Assembly (NCBI GenBank): GCA_015222205.1
Contig: JADFUW010000002.1
Coordinates: 1,303-65,302, forward strand
Direction of reading: 5' to 3'
DNA: 64,000 nucleotides
DNA from: Chloroflexota bacterium
Lineage (GTDB): Bacteria > Chloroflexota > Dehalococcoidia > Dehalococcoidales > UBA5760
Both the position numbers and the translations under genes were made by a program. Each line of letters opens with the position of its first letter. Position 1 is the first letter of the stretch. A model generated the notes under the pieces. The model had not been told where the DNA came from and ran no database searches. It was given only the letters and a program-made list of their open reading frames with translations. Below are positions 1-8,594 of this stretch, in pieces.

Positions 1-781
1 TAATCTGCATCATTTGATTACGAGCACGGCTGGCTTCATCATTGAGGATAAGAAGTCGCCCTGATGACTCCATAGCATTTTCCCAAGTTTTTCTACAAAA
101 GGCGCGCTCATCTAGTGTTTCAAAGGTCTTAGCATGGGCTACAAACCATTCACCTCCAGTGGCTGTAACTGAATGTTGAAGACCTGCTAATTCTACAGCA
201 TCGTAATAGGTGCCCACGCTGGCTCTAGAGAATCTTCCGCCAAACCTTGATAACGATTTGTAGAAAGTATCTGCTTTCCTAGCAAGGTTTTTAACCTTCT
301 CCTTAATATCTATGGGGACGCCTTCTTTTGGTCCTGCAAGGAATGGGGAAATGTCTCGTTTAATAGTTTCTATATGCCGAAGTTCGTCTCTAGTCCTATC
401 TTGAATTCCTCTCATGGCATCCTTAGCACTGCCAAACCAGAATGTTAAGAAAGCGAACATAATAGTTAGGATGGCAATACTGGCATACAGAATTGCAATT
501 CCTAGTGTAGAAAGGGAATTATTGGTGATTGAAAAAGGACTCTCTGAATGAAAATAATAAGAAGGAACATAGTGAATCAACAATGCTGCTATAGTGGCAA
601 TGCTGATAGCAGGCACATTGACCTTTACCCAACTGAAGAATAGAGTCTTCTTAATGCTTGAACGTTGGGCTAGGAAGATTGAACGCCATAGAGGCAAGCT
701 CCAAAAATCCTTTTGTGTTTCATCAAAGCCACTAGGTGGAGGGGGGACACTCTTAGAACCTGAACCACTTTTCTTTTTCAT
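1..781 (-). CDS. hypothetical membrane protein, C-terminus cut by window edge
   Basis: Hand translation of the minus strand from ATG (781-779) stays open to position 2 (260 codons). It is absent from the ORF track because no stop lies in the window. Starts MKKKSGSGSKSVPPPP. Two hydrophobic helices (VPAISIATIAALLIHYV; LGIAILYASIAILTIMFAFLTFWF) are followed by a soluble region. No family recognised. Visibly AT-richer than mutS. Confidence 0.55.
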   Translation of the reverse strand, partial: MKKKSGSGSKSVPPPPSGFDETQKDFWSLPLWRSIFLAQRSSIKKTLFFSWVKVNVPAISIATIAALLIHYVPSYYFHSESPFSITNNSLSTLGIAILYASIAILTIMFAFLTFWFGSAKDAMRGIQDRTRDELRHIETIKRDISPFLAGPKEGVPIDIKEKVKNLARKADTFYKSLSRFGGRFSRASVGTYYDAVELAGLQHSVTATGGEWFVAHAKTFETLDERAFCRKTWENAMESSGRLLILNDEASRARNQMMQI

Positions 782-785
782 CTTT

Positions 786-900
786 CTCTTTACATTATAC
801 CACATACCACTTATGCTACTGTCGGGGCGTCTAAGAGGGGTTTTGCCCCTCTTTTTTATATCTTCCCCTCTCCTTTGAAGGAGAGGGGAAGATATAATCT
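786..900. repeat. composite palindromic intergenic repeat, copy A
   Basis: Hairpin AAGAGGGG-TTTTG-CCCCTCTT (833-853) is followed by a T-run. Next comes a perfect 19-bp inverted repeat TATATCTTCCCCTCTCCTT / AAGGAGAGGGGAAGATATA (857-896). The left flank TTTACAT..TATACCACA.ACC and GGGGCGT.TA.GA are shared with copy B. Confidence 0.8.
794..802 (-). promoter_or_regulatory. extended -10 element (TGGTATAAT) for CDS 1-781
   Basis: The minus strand reads TGGTATAAT (TGnTATAAT) 12 nt before the ATG at 781, implying a very short leader. The motif TGTGGTATAA recurs upstream of CDS 4871-6058. Confidence 0.35.
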
Positions 901-948
901 CTATTTCTTATTTCTTTTAGCCGGAAATTCTAGTAGAATAAGCCTGAA

Positions 949-3537
949 ATGAGAGAAGGTTTAACCCCTATCCGTCAGCAATATCTCAGGATAAAGAGGA
1001 ATTATCACGAGGCTATTGTCTTCTTCCGCCTGGGGGATTTCTACGAGACCTTTGATAAGGATGCTGAGCTTACCTCTCGGGAGCTGGATATTGTGCTGAC
1101 GTCCCGGGAGATGGGTAAGGGGCATCGGGTGCCTATGGCTGGTATTCCCTATCATGCCCTGGATAACTATCTGGCGAGGCTTATTAGTAGAGGCTATAAG
1201 GTTGCTATCTGTGAGCAGGTGACCAGGCCCGGTGAGACGAAGGGACTGGTTGAGCGTGGTGTGGTTCGAGTGGTAACGCCAGGCACGGTAATTGAGCCGG
1301 CTCTTCTTGACGGTAACGCCAATAATTATCTGGTCAGCCTCGTTTTAGGTGATGATGCGGCTGGTATAGCCTATGTTGATATAACCACCAGCGAGTTTGC
1401 TGTTACTCAACTGCCCCGGGAGCGGGCTAACGCTGAACTGGAGCGGCTTAAACCATCGGAGATTATTACGGCGGAGAGTGCTGAACTACCTGATTTAGAA
1501 TTAAAGGCTCCGCTAACCCGGCTTGAGGATTACTGCTTTGAGCTAGAGACGGCCCGCCAAACAGTGCTGGAGCATTTTGGCGTGGCTACCCTTGATGGCT
1601 ATGGCTGTAGTAACCTGCCCCTGGCGATAAGTGCTGCTGGGGCAATCATTCACTATCTTCAGGAAACACAGAAAGGGGTTCTGGGACAGCTAACCCGGCT
1701 TTCTACCTACTCCACTGGTTCATTTATGGCGCTGGATATGCAGACCCAGAGAAACCTGGAGCTATTCCAATCAAGCCGTCTGGGCACTGCTGAGGGCTCA
1801 CTACTATCGGTTATTGACCTGACCAAGACGCCTATGGGAAGTCGGCTATTAAAGAAGTGGCTGGGGCAACCCATACTTGACATAACGGAACTGACCAGGA
1901 GACAGGAGGCTATTGGCTGGTTCTTTGATAATACCCTGGCTCGCAACCAGACGGTTTCCCTGTTTAGCGAGGTGGCTGACCTGGAGCGGTTGATAAACCG
2001 GGTGAGGGGTGATGTGGTTAGTCCGCGTGAGCTAATAAGCCTGAAGCGCAGCCTTGAGGTTATTCCCAAGCTCATAGAGGTAATTACGGCTGGTAAAAGC
2101 AGTAATAGTATTAGCTGGCTCAAGGATAAGCTTAAGCCTCGTCAGGATGTAGTTGACCTGATTACTGAGGCAATAGAGGAGACACCGTCATCAGCTCTGG
2201 GGGAGGGTGGTGTGGTGAGAAAGGGTTTTTCTGAGGAACTGGATAGCCTTTGTCTGGCGTCTAGGAATGCCAAGCATTATCTGGCTAATCTGGAGCGTCA
2301 GGAGCGAGACAAAACGGGAATTAAATCCTTAAAGATAGGCTTTAACAATGTTTTTGGCTACTATATTGAGGTATCCAAAGCTAATCTCGGTCAGGTGCCG
2401 GAGCATTATATCAGAAAGCAGACACTGGTAGGGGCTGAGCGCTTCTTCACCCCGGAGCTAAAGGAGTATGAATCACTGGTTTTGAATGCCCGTGACAGGA
2501 TTAGCGAGCTTGAGTCTGAGCTGTTTCATCGGGTATGTCGCCAGATAGCTACTGCTGGCGAGCGCATCCTAGCCGTTGCCAATGCCCTGGCGAGCCTAGA
2601 TGTCTTCTCCAGCCTGGCTGAGGTGGCGGTGCGTTATGACTACACTAGGCCCAAGCTAACCACGGATAGTGAAGTGGCTATCACTCAGGGACGCCACCCG
2701 GTAGTTGAAAGGAGCTTGACCTATAAGGGCTTTGTGCCCAATGATGCTCATCTTTCCAATGGTGATGCCCAGCTTATTATCCTCACCGGGCCCAATATGT
2801 CAGGCAAGTCAACCTACTTGAGGCAGGTGGCGTTAATCGTCCTTCTGGCACAGACAGGCAGCTTTGTCCCCGCTGATGCGGCAACTATTGGCCTGGTGGA
2901 CCGTATCTTTACCCGGATTGGTGCCGGGGAAGATATTGCCGCCGGTCAGTCTACCTTTATGGTGGAGATGGTGGAGACGGCCAATATCTTAAATAACGCT
3001 ACCCCTCGCTCACTGATTATCCTGGATGAGATTGGGCGGGGCACCAGTACCTACGATGGGCTGTCCATTGCCCGGGCAGTCTGTGAGTATATCCATAATG
3101 CCTCCAGACTGGGGGCGAAAACCCTCTTTGCCACTCACTATCATGAGCTGGTTGAGCTGGCTAGTTTCCTGCCCCGGGTGAAAAACTTTAATGTGGCGGT
3201 AACCGAAGAAGGGGGTAGGGTGGTCTTCTTGTACAAGATTGTGCCGGGCGGGGTTGATAGGAGCTATGGTATCCACGTAGCGCAGCTAGCGGGCTTACCC
3301 AAATCGGTGGTGCACCGGGCACACGAGGTACTGGAGGAATTGGAGGAGGCTAGCCGAGCTACAGGGGCTAAGCCCTTACCCAAGAGGCGCGGTAAGGAGG
3401 TAGCACGGCAGCTAACATTCTTCGGGCAACAATCACCGGTGGCTGAAGAGCTAGAAAAGCTGGACATTAATTCCTTAACACCTCTGGAGGCTCTCACCAA
3501 GCTCTACGAACTGCAACAGAAGGCTAAGGAGGGGTAG
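949..3537 (+). CDS. mutS: DNA mismatch repair protein MutS
   Basis: 862-aa ORF. N-terminal mismatch-binding motif (TPIRQQYLRIKRNY..FFRLGDFYETF), Walker A GPNMSGKST and STFMVEM..DEIGRGTSTYDG are all typical MutS signatures. Confidence 0.97.
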   Translation: MREGLTPIRQQYLRIKRNYHEAIVFFRLGDFYETFDKDAELTSRELDIVLTSREMGKGHRVPMAGIPYHALDNYLARLISRGYKVAICEQVTRPGETKGLVERGVVRVVTPGTVIEPALLDGNANNYLVSLVLGDDAAGIAYVDITTSEFAVTQLPRERANAELERLKPSEIITAESAELPDLELKAPLTRLEDYCFELETARQTVLEHFGVATLDGYGCSNLPLAISAAGAIIHYLQETQKGVLGQLTRLSTYSTGSFMALDMQTQRNLELFQSSRLGTAEGSLLSVIDLTKTPMGSRLLKKWLGQPILDITELTRRQEAIGWFFDNTLARNQTVSLFSEVADLERLINRVRGDVVSPRELISLKRSLEVIPKLIEVITAGKSSNSISWLKDKLKPRQDVVDLITEAIEETPSSALGEGGVVRKGFSEELDSLCLASRNAKHYLANLERQERDKTGIKSLKIGFNNVFGYYIEVSKANLGQVPEHYIRKQTLVGAERFFTPELKEYESLVLNARDRISELESELFHRVCRQIATAGERILAVANALASLDVFSSLAEVAVRYDYTRPKLTTDSEVAITQGRHPVVERSLTYKGFVPNDAHLSNGDAQLIILTGPNMSGKSTYLRQVALIVLLAQTGSFVPADAATIGLVDRIFTRIGAGEDIAAGQSTFMVEMVETANILNNATPRSLIILDEIGRGTSTYDGLSIARAVCEYIHNASRLGAKTLFATHYHELVELASFLPRVKNFNVAVTEEGGRVVFLYKIVPGGVDRSYGIHVAQLAGLPKSVVHRAHEVLEELEEASRATGAKPLPKRRGKEVARQLTFFGQQSPVAEELEKLDINSLTPLEALTKLYELQQKAKEG

Positions 3538-3629
3538 GGGCGGGTTATTGTGCCACTAGAATTCTAGATTCTATAAAAATACATCAGCTCAGGCTGGCTA
3601 TAGAAAGGCGCAAGAAAAGGAGGTAAGAG

Positions 3630-4199
3630 GTGTCCCAGTTCAGATCAAAAGAAGTGGAGAGGGAAGCAGTACGAATGACCGCAGTCATGATGGCATCGAG
3701 TGCTAGGACGGCTCCCAAGGCTAGAGGTCTTGATGCTATAGAAACAATGATTGTCGATGGTAGTGACCTCGAACTTCTGGTAAGTGCTATGGAGGATAAG
3801 GCGAAAGAGCAACCACCCTACCTTTCTTCAATCTTTGACAGGGATGCTCGCAATGTCAGAAACTCCAGTTGTGTATTGTTAATAGGGGTTGTGGGTAACC
3901 CCAAGAAGATTGAGGAATCGTTAGACTGCGGTGCCTGCGGCTACAAAACGTGTAAGGATTTACTCAATGTGAGGAAGCGTGAGGGAAAGGACTTTAGTGG
4001 CCCTATTTGCATATTCCAAGCACTTGACTTAGGTATTGCTCTAGGTTCAGCCGTCAAACTGGCTAGCGGACTCAACGTCGACAACCGCATGATGTACACG
4101 ATTGGGGCGGCGGCGAAGAAATTGCACCTCTTGGATTCTGACATCGTTATTGGTATCCCGCTATCCGTATCCGGTAAGAATATCTATTTCGATAGGTGA
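3630..4199 (+). CDS. DUF2148-like protein (uncharacterised ferredoxin-domain family, COG4739-like)
   Basis: 189 aa, GTG start preceded by AAAGGAGG. ARTAPKARG, CGACGYKTC and GIPLSVSGKNIYFDR match my recollection of the DUF2148 family consensus. Sits between two copies of the mutS 3' end. Confidence 0.7.
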   Translation: MSQFRSKEVEREAVRMTAVMMASSARTAPKARGLDAIETMIVDGSDLELLVSAMEDKAKEQPPYLSSIFDRDARNVRNSSCVLLIGVVGNPKKIEESLDCGACGYKTCKDLLNVRKREGKDFSGPICIFQALDLGIALGSAVKLASGLNVDNRMMYTIGAAAKKLHLLDSDIVIGIPLSVSGKNIYFDR

Positions 4200-4242
4200 T
4201 AGGGCGTTATCGTCCCTACCAGAGAGTCACGGCTCTTTCGTG

Positions 4243-4362
4243 GTCTTTGGGCAAAAATCACCAATATTAGACGAGCTGGAGAAACTTGACATAAACTCAC
4301 TGACGCCCCTTGAGGCCCTCACCAAGCTCTACGAGCTGCAGAAGAAGGCAAGGGAGGGGTAG
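4243..4362 (+). pseudogene. orphan second copy of the mutS 3' end (39 codons + stop)
   Basis: Encodes VFGQKSPILDELEKLDINSLTPLEALTKLYELQKKAREG*, against FFGQQSPVAEELEKLDINSLTPLEALTKLYELQQKAKEG* at the mutS C-terminus (3418-3537). The alignment is gapless and codon-for-codon. No mutS body lies upstream of it. Confidence 0.85.
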
Positions 4363-4375
4363 GGGGGGATTATCG

Positions 4376-4798
4376 GTGACTGGAAGGAGGTGGCTAATTT
4401 TGGAGACTGGGAAATATCGCCTAGTAAAGCGAATGAGGTTGGCAGCGCGGATAATTGGTTTTGGTATGGTGGGGTTTGGTGGAACGATGCTGGTTGGTGA
4501 GGCGGTGAGTGAATATCTTCGGGAAGGCTGGGCAGTAATCACCGAGGTAACCCCGACAGACCCAGGGGTTCTACTAGTTGTGATTGGAGCAGTTGCCCTG
4601 GCGGGCTGTATTCTGTCACGGTGGCGGGAGCGACTGGCTGGCATATTACTGGTTTCCGTTGCTGCTGCACTGGGTGCCCACATTGCTACCTATGCCGGCA
4701 GAAATCATGCCCTGGTGTGGGCTATGGTGGGTCTGCCGTTTCTGGTTTCCGGGTTGCTGTTCCTTAACGCCTGGCGGCTTTCAAAGGAACTAACTTAA
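4376..4798 (+). CDS. small hypothetical integral membrane protein
   Basis: The track ORF 4310-4798 overlaps the mutS remnant. The likely start is GTG 4376 (G-rich SD-like run just upstream) or ATG 4433. It has 3-4 hydrophobic helices (IIGFGMVGFGGTMLVG, VLLVVIGAVALAGCIL, ILLVSVAAALGAHI, WAMVGLPFLVSGLLFL). Confidence 0.55.
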   Translation: MTGRRWLILETGKYRLVKRMRLAARIIGFGMVGFGGTMLVGEAVSEYLREGWAVITEVTPTDPGVLLVVIGAVALAGCILSRWRERLAGILLVSVAAALGAHIATYAGRNHALVWAMVGLPFLVSGLLFLNAWRLSKELT

Positions 4799-4870
4799 AC
4801 AGAATACGCGGTATGCGAATTATAAGAGAAGGTGGAGGGGAGGGGTGAGGATGCTGAGCCGTGTGATTCG

Positions 4871-6058
4871 TCACAATGTTGGAGACTCGAAGGAAATATT
4901 CAGGTCCCCTATTTGAATACCAGATGTGTCGCCGATATACAGTGGTAAAGGCAAGACATCTTTATGCATATTATCATATTGTTCTAGAACTTTTACTTTC
5001 AGTTCCATAAGTTCTGGGGTAAATGTAATGGCGAATTTACTATTCCTGATTAACTCGGCCTTTGAAGATCGGTCTTCTCTTTTCTTTGTCGTGTCCTCTA
5101 ATGAACTCTTTGCATGGTAGAACTGGGACCTAACACGCATATCTTCAATTTTTGCTTTGGCTTTCGGTATTTCCTCTAGCTCTTGTAGCTCTTTACTGAG
5201 CTTCTCTATCTCAATAGAGTAAGAATCAATTTCCTCCAATAGCTCATTGTATTTGGATTCTAGTCTCTTAATAATCACTTGCATATCTGTTAAACATGAC
5301 CTAAGTAATTCTCTAGTGTCGGCTAGCGAAAAGAATAGATATTCCCTCCGCTCTGGATGCCCGAAACCGGTAAACACTGTGTCATTTATGTCATCGTCTA
5401 AAAACCAATTATAGTCCTTCTTCTGATAGCCATTTATCTCTATCGAGCGTATAAACAAGCGTAGTGATATGAGTTCTTCACGTTGATATCCAGCCCTGTC
5501 TTCTTCAGTAATTTTTGCTGCGTCTTTTAGAGCCTTATCTAACTCAGCGGAAATATTTCGAGGCGTGTACTTAATAGTATCATGCGTTTGTATGTTGAAA
5601 GCTAATTCTTGTCCTTCCTTCTGCAAGGGGATTACATACTTGCCTAATGCAGTCATTAGGCCATATTCATAGTAGACATTTGGGTTAGGGATATTTACCT
5701 TCCTCCCGTTTATTAGTTCCATAGTATCATCCAGTATTACAAGGCAAAATTGCGATTCTATTATTTTCCCACATATTTTTGTACAAAATATGTCCTGTCC
5801 ATAAGCTCTCTCTTTGATTGCGATTACAGGTTCAATACCGATTTTTGTAAGTTTTTCAATAATTAGAGCGAGTATAGTTTCTACTTCTTCCTCAGATGGG
5901 CAAGCAACAAAGCATGATTTTGAGGCGCCAAGAAACTTCCCGCAAGAATGGTCTTTGCGAACAAAACATTTAGGGATCTCTCTGAATTGAGTTGATTGTT
6001 GCATTTCCGGAAAGCGTAAAAACCCTCTATTATATCTATAAAATCTGTCCATACTCAT
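4871..6058 (-). CDS. hypothetical protein: N-terminal TIR-like / nucleoside 2-deoxyribosyltransferase-like Rossmannoid domain + C-terminal coiled coil
   Basis: 395-aa ORF, AT-rich. Residues ~48-165 (SCFVACPSEEE..KIGIEPVIAI..QFCLVILDD..NPNVYYEYGLMTALGKYVIPLQKEG) follow the strand/helix pattern and the N-x-x-x-E-x-G-x(4)-GK-x-V-x-L motif of TIR-like (Cap12-type) and N-deoxyribosyltransferase-like domains as I recall them. Residues ~255-330 are a heptad-rich K/E/L coiled coil. Confidence 0.45.
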   Translation of the reverse strand: MSMDRFYRYNRGFLRFPEMQQSTQFREIPKCFVRKDHSCGKFLGASKSCFVACPSEEEVETILALIIEKLTKIGIEPVIAIKERAYGQDIFCTKICGKIIESQFCLVILDDTMELINGRKVNIPNPNVYYEYGLMTALGKYVIPLQKEGQELAFNIQTHDTIKYTPRNISAELDKALKDAAKITEEDRAGYQREELISLRLFIRSIEINGYQKKDYNWFLDDDINDTVFTGFGHPERREYLFFSLADTRELLRSCLTDMQVIIKRLESKYNELLEEIDSYSIEIEKLSKELQELEEIPKAKAKIEDMRVRSQFYHAKSSLEDTTKKREDRSSKAELIRNSKFAITFTPELMELKVKVLEQYDNMHKDVLPLPLYIGDTSGIQIGDLNISFESPTL

Positions 6059-6093
6059 AGTAATATCTCACTAATTTTAGTCCTCTTTAATTT

Positions 6094-6102
6094 ATTATAT
6101 CA
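6094..6102 (-). promoter_or_regulatory. extended -10 element (TGATATAAT) for CDS 4871-6058
   Basis: The minus strand reads TGTGATATAAT ~35 nt upstream of the ATG at 6058. A second TGTGGTATAAG motif lies further upstream, inside repeat copy B. Confidence 0.35.
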
Positions 6103-6104
6103 CA

Positions 6105-6235
6105 TGCCATTGTTTACATGCTTATACCACACACCTCACTCACCAAAGGGGTTAAAGGGGCGTTAGACCCTTAAAGAACAGCTTCCCCCTCTCCTTATCA
6201 AGGAGAGGGGGACTAAGGGGGTAAGGTTACAATGT
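6105..6235. repeat. composite palindromic intergenic repeat, copy B
   Basis: Perfect 13-bp inverted repeat TCCCCCTCTCCTT-ATC-AAGGAGAGGGGGA (6184-6212). Its tail CTAAGGGGGTAAGGTTACAAT resembles the tails of copies C and D. The left flank is shared with copy A. Confidence 0.8.
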
Positions 6236-6296
6236 TGAGGGGAACTATATCCTTATTGGTGGGTTAGGGGATATAATAGGCTGGAGGGTATTAAAT

Positions 6297-7733
6297 ATGG
6301 AGCCTGCCAAGTTTTTTGAGAGACGAACCAAGATAGTTTGTACCATCGGTCCGGCGACTGCGTCGGTGGCTATGATTGAACGGCTGATTACGGCTGGTAT
6401 GAATGTTGCCAGGTTTAATTTATCTCATGGTACTGCTGGTGAGCACGCCCGTTATATCCGAATCGTAAGGAGGTTGAGTCGGCGTCTGGGGATACCGGTG
6501 GGGGTATTGATTGATTTGCCGGGGCCCAAATACCGAATTGGAAAATTGAAGGGTAGCCGGGCTATTTTGGAAAAGGGTGCCCCGGTAATACTTACCACAA
6601 GGGCAATAGAGGGTGATGCCAATTTAGTGCCGGTGAGCCTGCCCTATCTGGCGCAGGATGTGAAGGTAGAGGATACGATGCTTCTTGCTGACGGAGTGAT
6701 AGAGCTTAAGGTGCAGGCGATAGAGGGCGATGAGGTAAACTGCCGGGTAAAGGTTGGTGGTTTGCTTACTGAGGGTTGTGGGTTGGTGGTGCCTGGAATG
6801 CGTAGTTCTGTTCCTTTTATTACTGATACCCTGCGGCAGTATATTCATTTTGCTGTTGAGCAGCAACCTGATTACCTGGCGCTCTCATTTGTGGCTGCTG
6901 ATGAGGATATCACCAGTGTTAGAGCCATCCTGCAGGAGGCTGGTGTTGATATACCCATTATTGCCAAGATAGAGCGGCGGCAGGTGGTGGATACCTTTGA
7001 TAAGGTACTCTCGGTGAGTGATGGTGTTATGGTAGCGAGGGGAGACCTCGGTGTAGATATTCCCCTGGAGAAGGTACCGCTGGTACAGAAGGAGATTATC
7101 AAGAAGTGTAACTGGGTGGGTAAGCCGGTGATTACTGCTACTGAGATGCTGGAGTCAATGGTGAAATCAATCCGTCCCACGCGGGCTGAGGCTGCTGATG
7201 TAGCTAATGCTATATTTGACGGGAGTGATGCCATTATGCTTTCATCGGAAACCTCCGTGGGTAAACATCCGGTGCGAGCAGTGACCCTGATGTCCCGTAT
7301 TGCCCGGGAGGTGGAGAGAAAATTGCCCTATCAGCAAATGTTGACGGAAAGGGGCAGGTGGCTTGAGCATAAGACAGATGAGTTAATAAGCTATAATGCC
7401 TGCTACACAGCGTATAACCTGGGGGCGGTAGCCATAGTGGCCTTTACCCAGTCCGGCAGCACGGCGGGTCGGGTATCAAAATACCGCCCTAGAGTACCCA
7501 TCTTAGCCATAACTTCTAGTAATGTTGTATCGGGCCGGTTACTCCTGCGCTGGGGGGTGTATCCCTTCCGGGTAACTGGGTTATCGTCGGTGGATGAGCT
7601 ATTTGATGCGGGGGCCAAGCTTGTTAAAGAACTTGGGTTAGCTAGAGCGGGTGACCTGATAGTAATTACCGGCGGTGTTCCTATCGGCTTAATCGGGTCG
7701 ACCAATCTGCTGAAGGTGGAAGAGATTAAATAG
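6297..7733 (+). CDS. pyk: pyruvate kinase
   Basis: 478 aa. RRTKIVCTIGPA, NVARFNLSHG and MVARGDLGV..ATEMLESM are hallmark pyruvate kinase motifs. SD GGAGGG lies upstream. Confidence 0.96.
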   Translation: MEPAKFFERRTKIVCTIGPATASVAMIERLITAGMNVARFNLSHGTAGEHARYIRIVRRLSRRLGIPVGVLIDLPGPKYRIGKLKGSRAILEKGAPVILTTRAIEGDANLVPVSLPYLAQDVKVEDTMLLADGVIELKVQAIEGDEVNCRVKVGGLLTEGCGLVVPGMRSSVPFITDTLRQYIHFAVEQQPDYLALSFVAADEDITSVRAILQEAGVDIPIIAKIERRQVVDTFDKVLSVSDGVMVARGDLGVDIPLEKVPLVQKEIIKKCNWVGKPVITATEMLESMVKSIRPTRAEAADVANAIFDGSDAIMLSSETSVGKHPVRAVTLMSRIAREVERKLPYQQMLTERGRWLEHKTDELISYNACYTAYNLGAVAIVAFTQSGSTAGRVSKYRPRVPILAITSSNVVSGRLLLRWGVYPFRVTGLSSVDELFDAGAKLVKELGLARAGDLIVITGGVPIGLIGSTNLLKVEEIK

Positions 7734-7770
7734 CGACACTAGAGACTCGGTTTCTAGGCCTGGGTTGAGC

Positions 7771-8535
7771 CTATTCACCGTTTTTAACGACATAGTTTCT
7801 CAGCGTGCCTATCCCCTCTATCTTTATCTCTACGGTATCACCGGGGTACATGGGCCCGATGCCACTGGGGGTGCCGGTGGCGATAACATCACCGGGCAAG
7901 AGTGTCATGATGTGAGATATAAAGCTCACCAGTTCGGGGATGGGGAAGATGAGGTCGCTGGTAGTGCCTCGTTGCTTGAGTTCCCCGTTAAGATAGGCTT
8001 CCAGATTAGCATTACCGGGGTCAAGCTCGGTCTCAACGCAGGGACCAATGACAGAGAAGGTGTCAAAGCCCTTGGCCCGTGTCCACTGACCGTCCTTTTT
8101 CTGAAGGTCACGTGCCGTAACATCATTAAAGCAGGTGTAGCCCAGCACATAGTCCAGTGCCCTTTCTACAGGTACCCGGTATGCCCGGGTCTTTATCACG
8201 ACCCCCAGCTCTGCCTCATAGTCAACCCGCTCTGAAGAGCCGGGATAAACGATGTTATCCTCGGGGCCGATTACTGATGTGGACGGCTTCATAAAAAGCA
8301 GGGGTTCGGGGGGGATGGGTGACTTGAACTCTTTGGCATGGCTGTAGTAGTTAAGGCCCAGCGCCACTATTTTGGAGGGTGTGCACGGGGGGAGGAGTTT
8401 GACCTCGTTAAGATTATAATGACTATTAGAATGCTTGAGCTGACGGTAGGGGGTACCCGTAGCGCCCTGAATGACTTTACCATTTAATATTCCGTATTCG
8501 GCCTTTTTGCCGGTGGTAAAACATATAATTTTCAT
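7771..8535 (-). CDS. fumarylacetoacetate hydrolase (FAH) family protein
   Basis: 254 aa. DYEAELGVVI, GYTCFNDVTARD and PGDVIATGTPSGIG are typical of the FAH / 2-keto-4-pentenoate hydratase family. Confidence 0.88.
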   Translation of the reverse strand: MKIICFTTGKKAEYGILNGKVIQGATGTPYRQLKHSNSHYNLNEVKLLPPCTPSKIVALGLNYYSHAKEFKSPIPPEPLLFMKPSTSVIGPEDNIVYPGSSERVDYEAELGVVIKTRAYRVPVERALDYVLGYTCFNDVTARDLQKKDGQWTRAKGFDTFSVIGPCVETELDPGNANLEAYLNGELKQRGTTSDLIFPIPELVSFISHIMTLLPGDVIATGTPSGIGPMYPGDTVEIKIEGIGTLRNYVVKNGE

Positions 8536-8594
8536 GACTAACGCTAAGTTTACCAGTGCCTCTCGCGGATTTCAAACGGCAGGGTATCGGCTGG

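Noticed and set aside
594-878. 94-aa plus-strand ORF from the track
   Set aside because: It lies antisense to the uninterrupted 260-codon minus-strand ORF (1-781) and runs into palindromic repeat copy A. Its sequence is low-complexity (GGGG, FFFIFLF). It is judged a shadow ORF.
1707-2123. Long antisense ORFs inside confident genes (e.g. 1707-2123, 4297-4683, 6872-7234, 29758-30195, 36062-36418, 45261-45572)
   Set aside because: They lie entirely within, and antisense or out of frame to, strongly supported genes. Their composition (S/P/R/L-rich) is typical of shadow frames.
4102-4362. 86-aa ORF ending in a MutS-like peptide
   Set aside because: Its first half is an out-of-frame read-through of the DUF2148 gene's 3' end and its last 39 codons are the orphan mutS terminus. 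It is not an independent gene and is annotated as a remnant instead.
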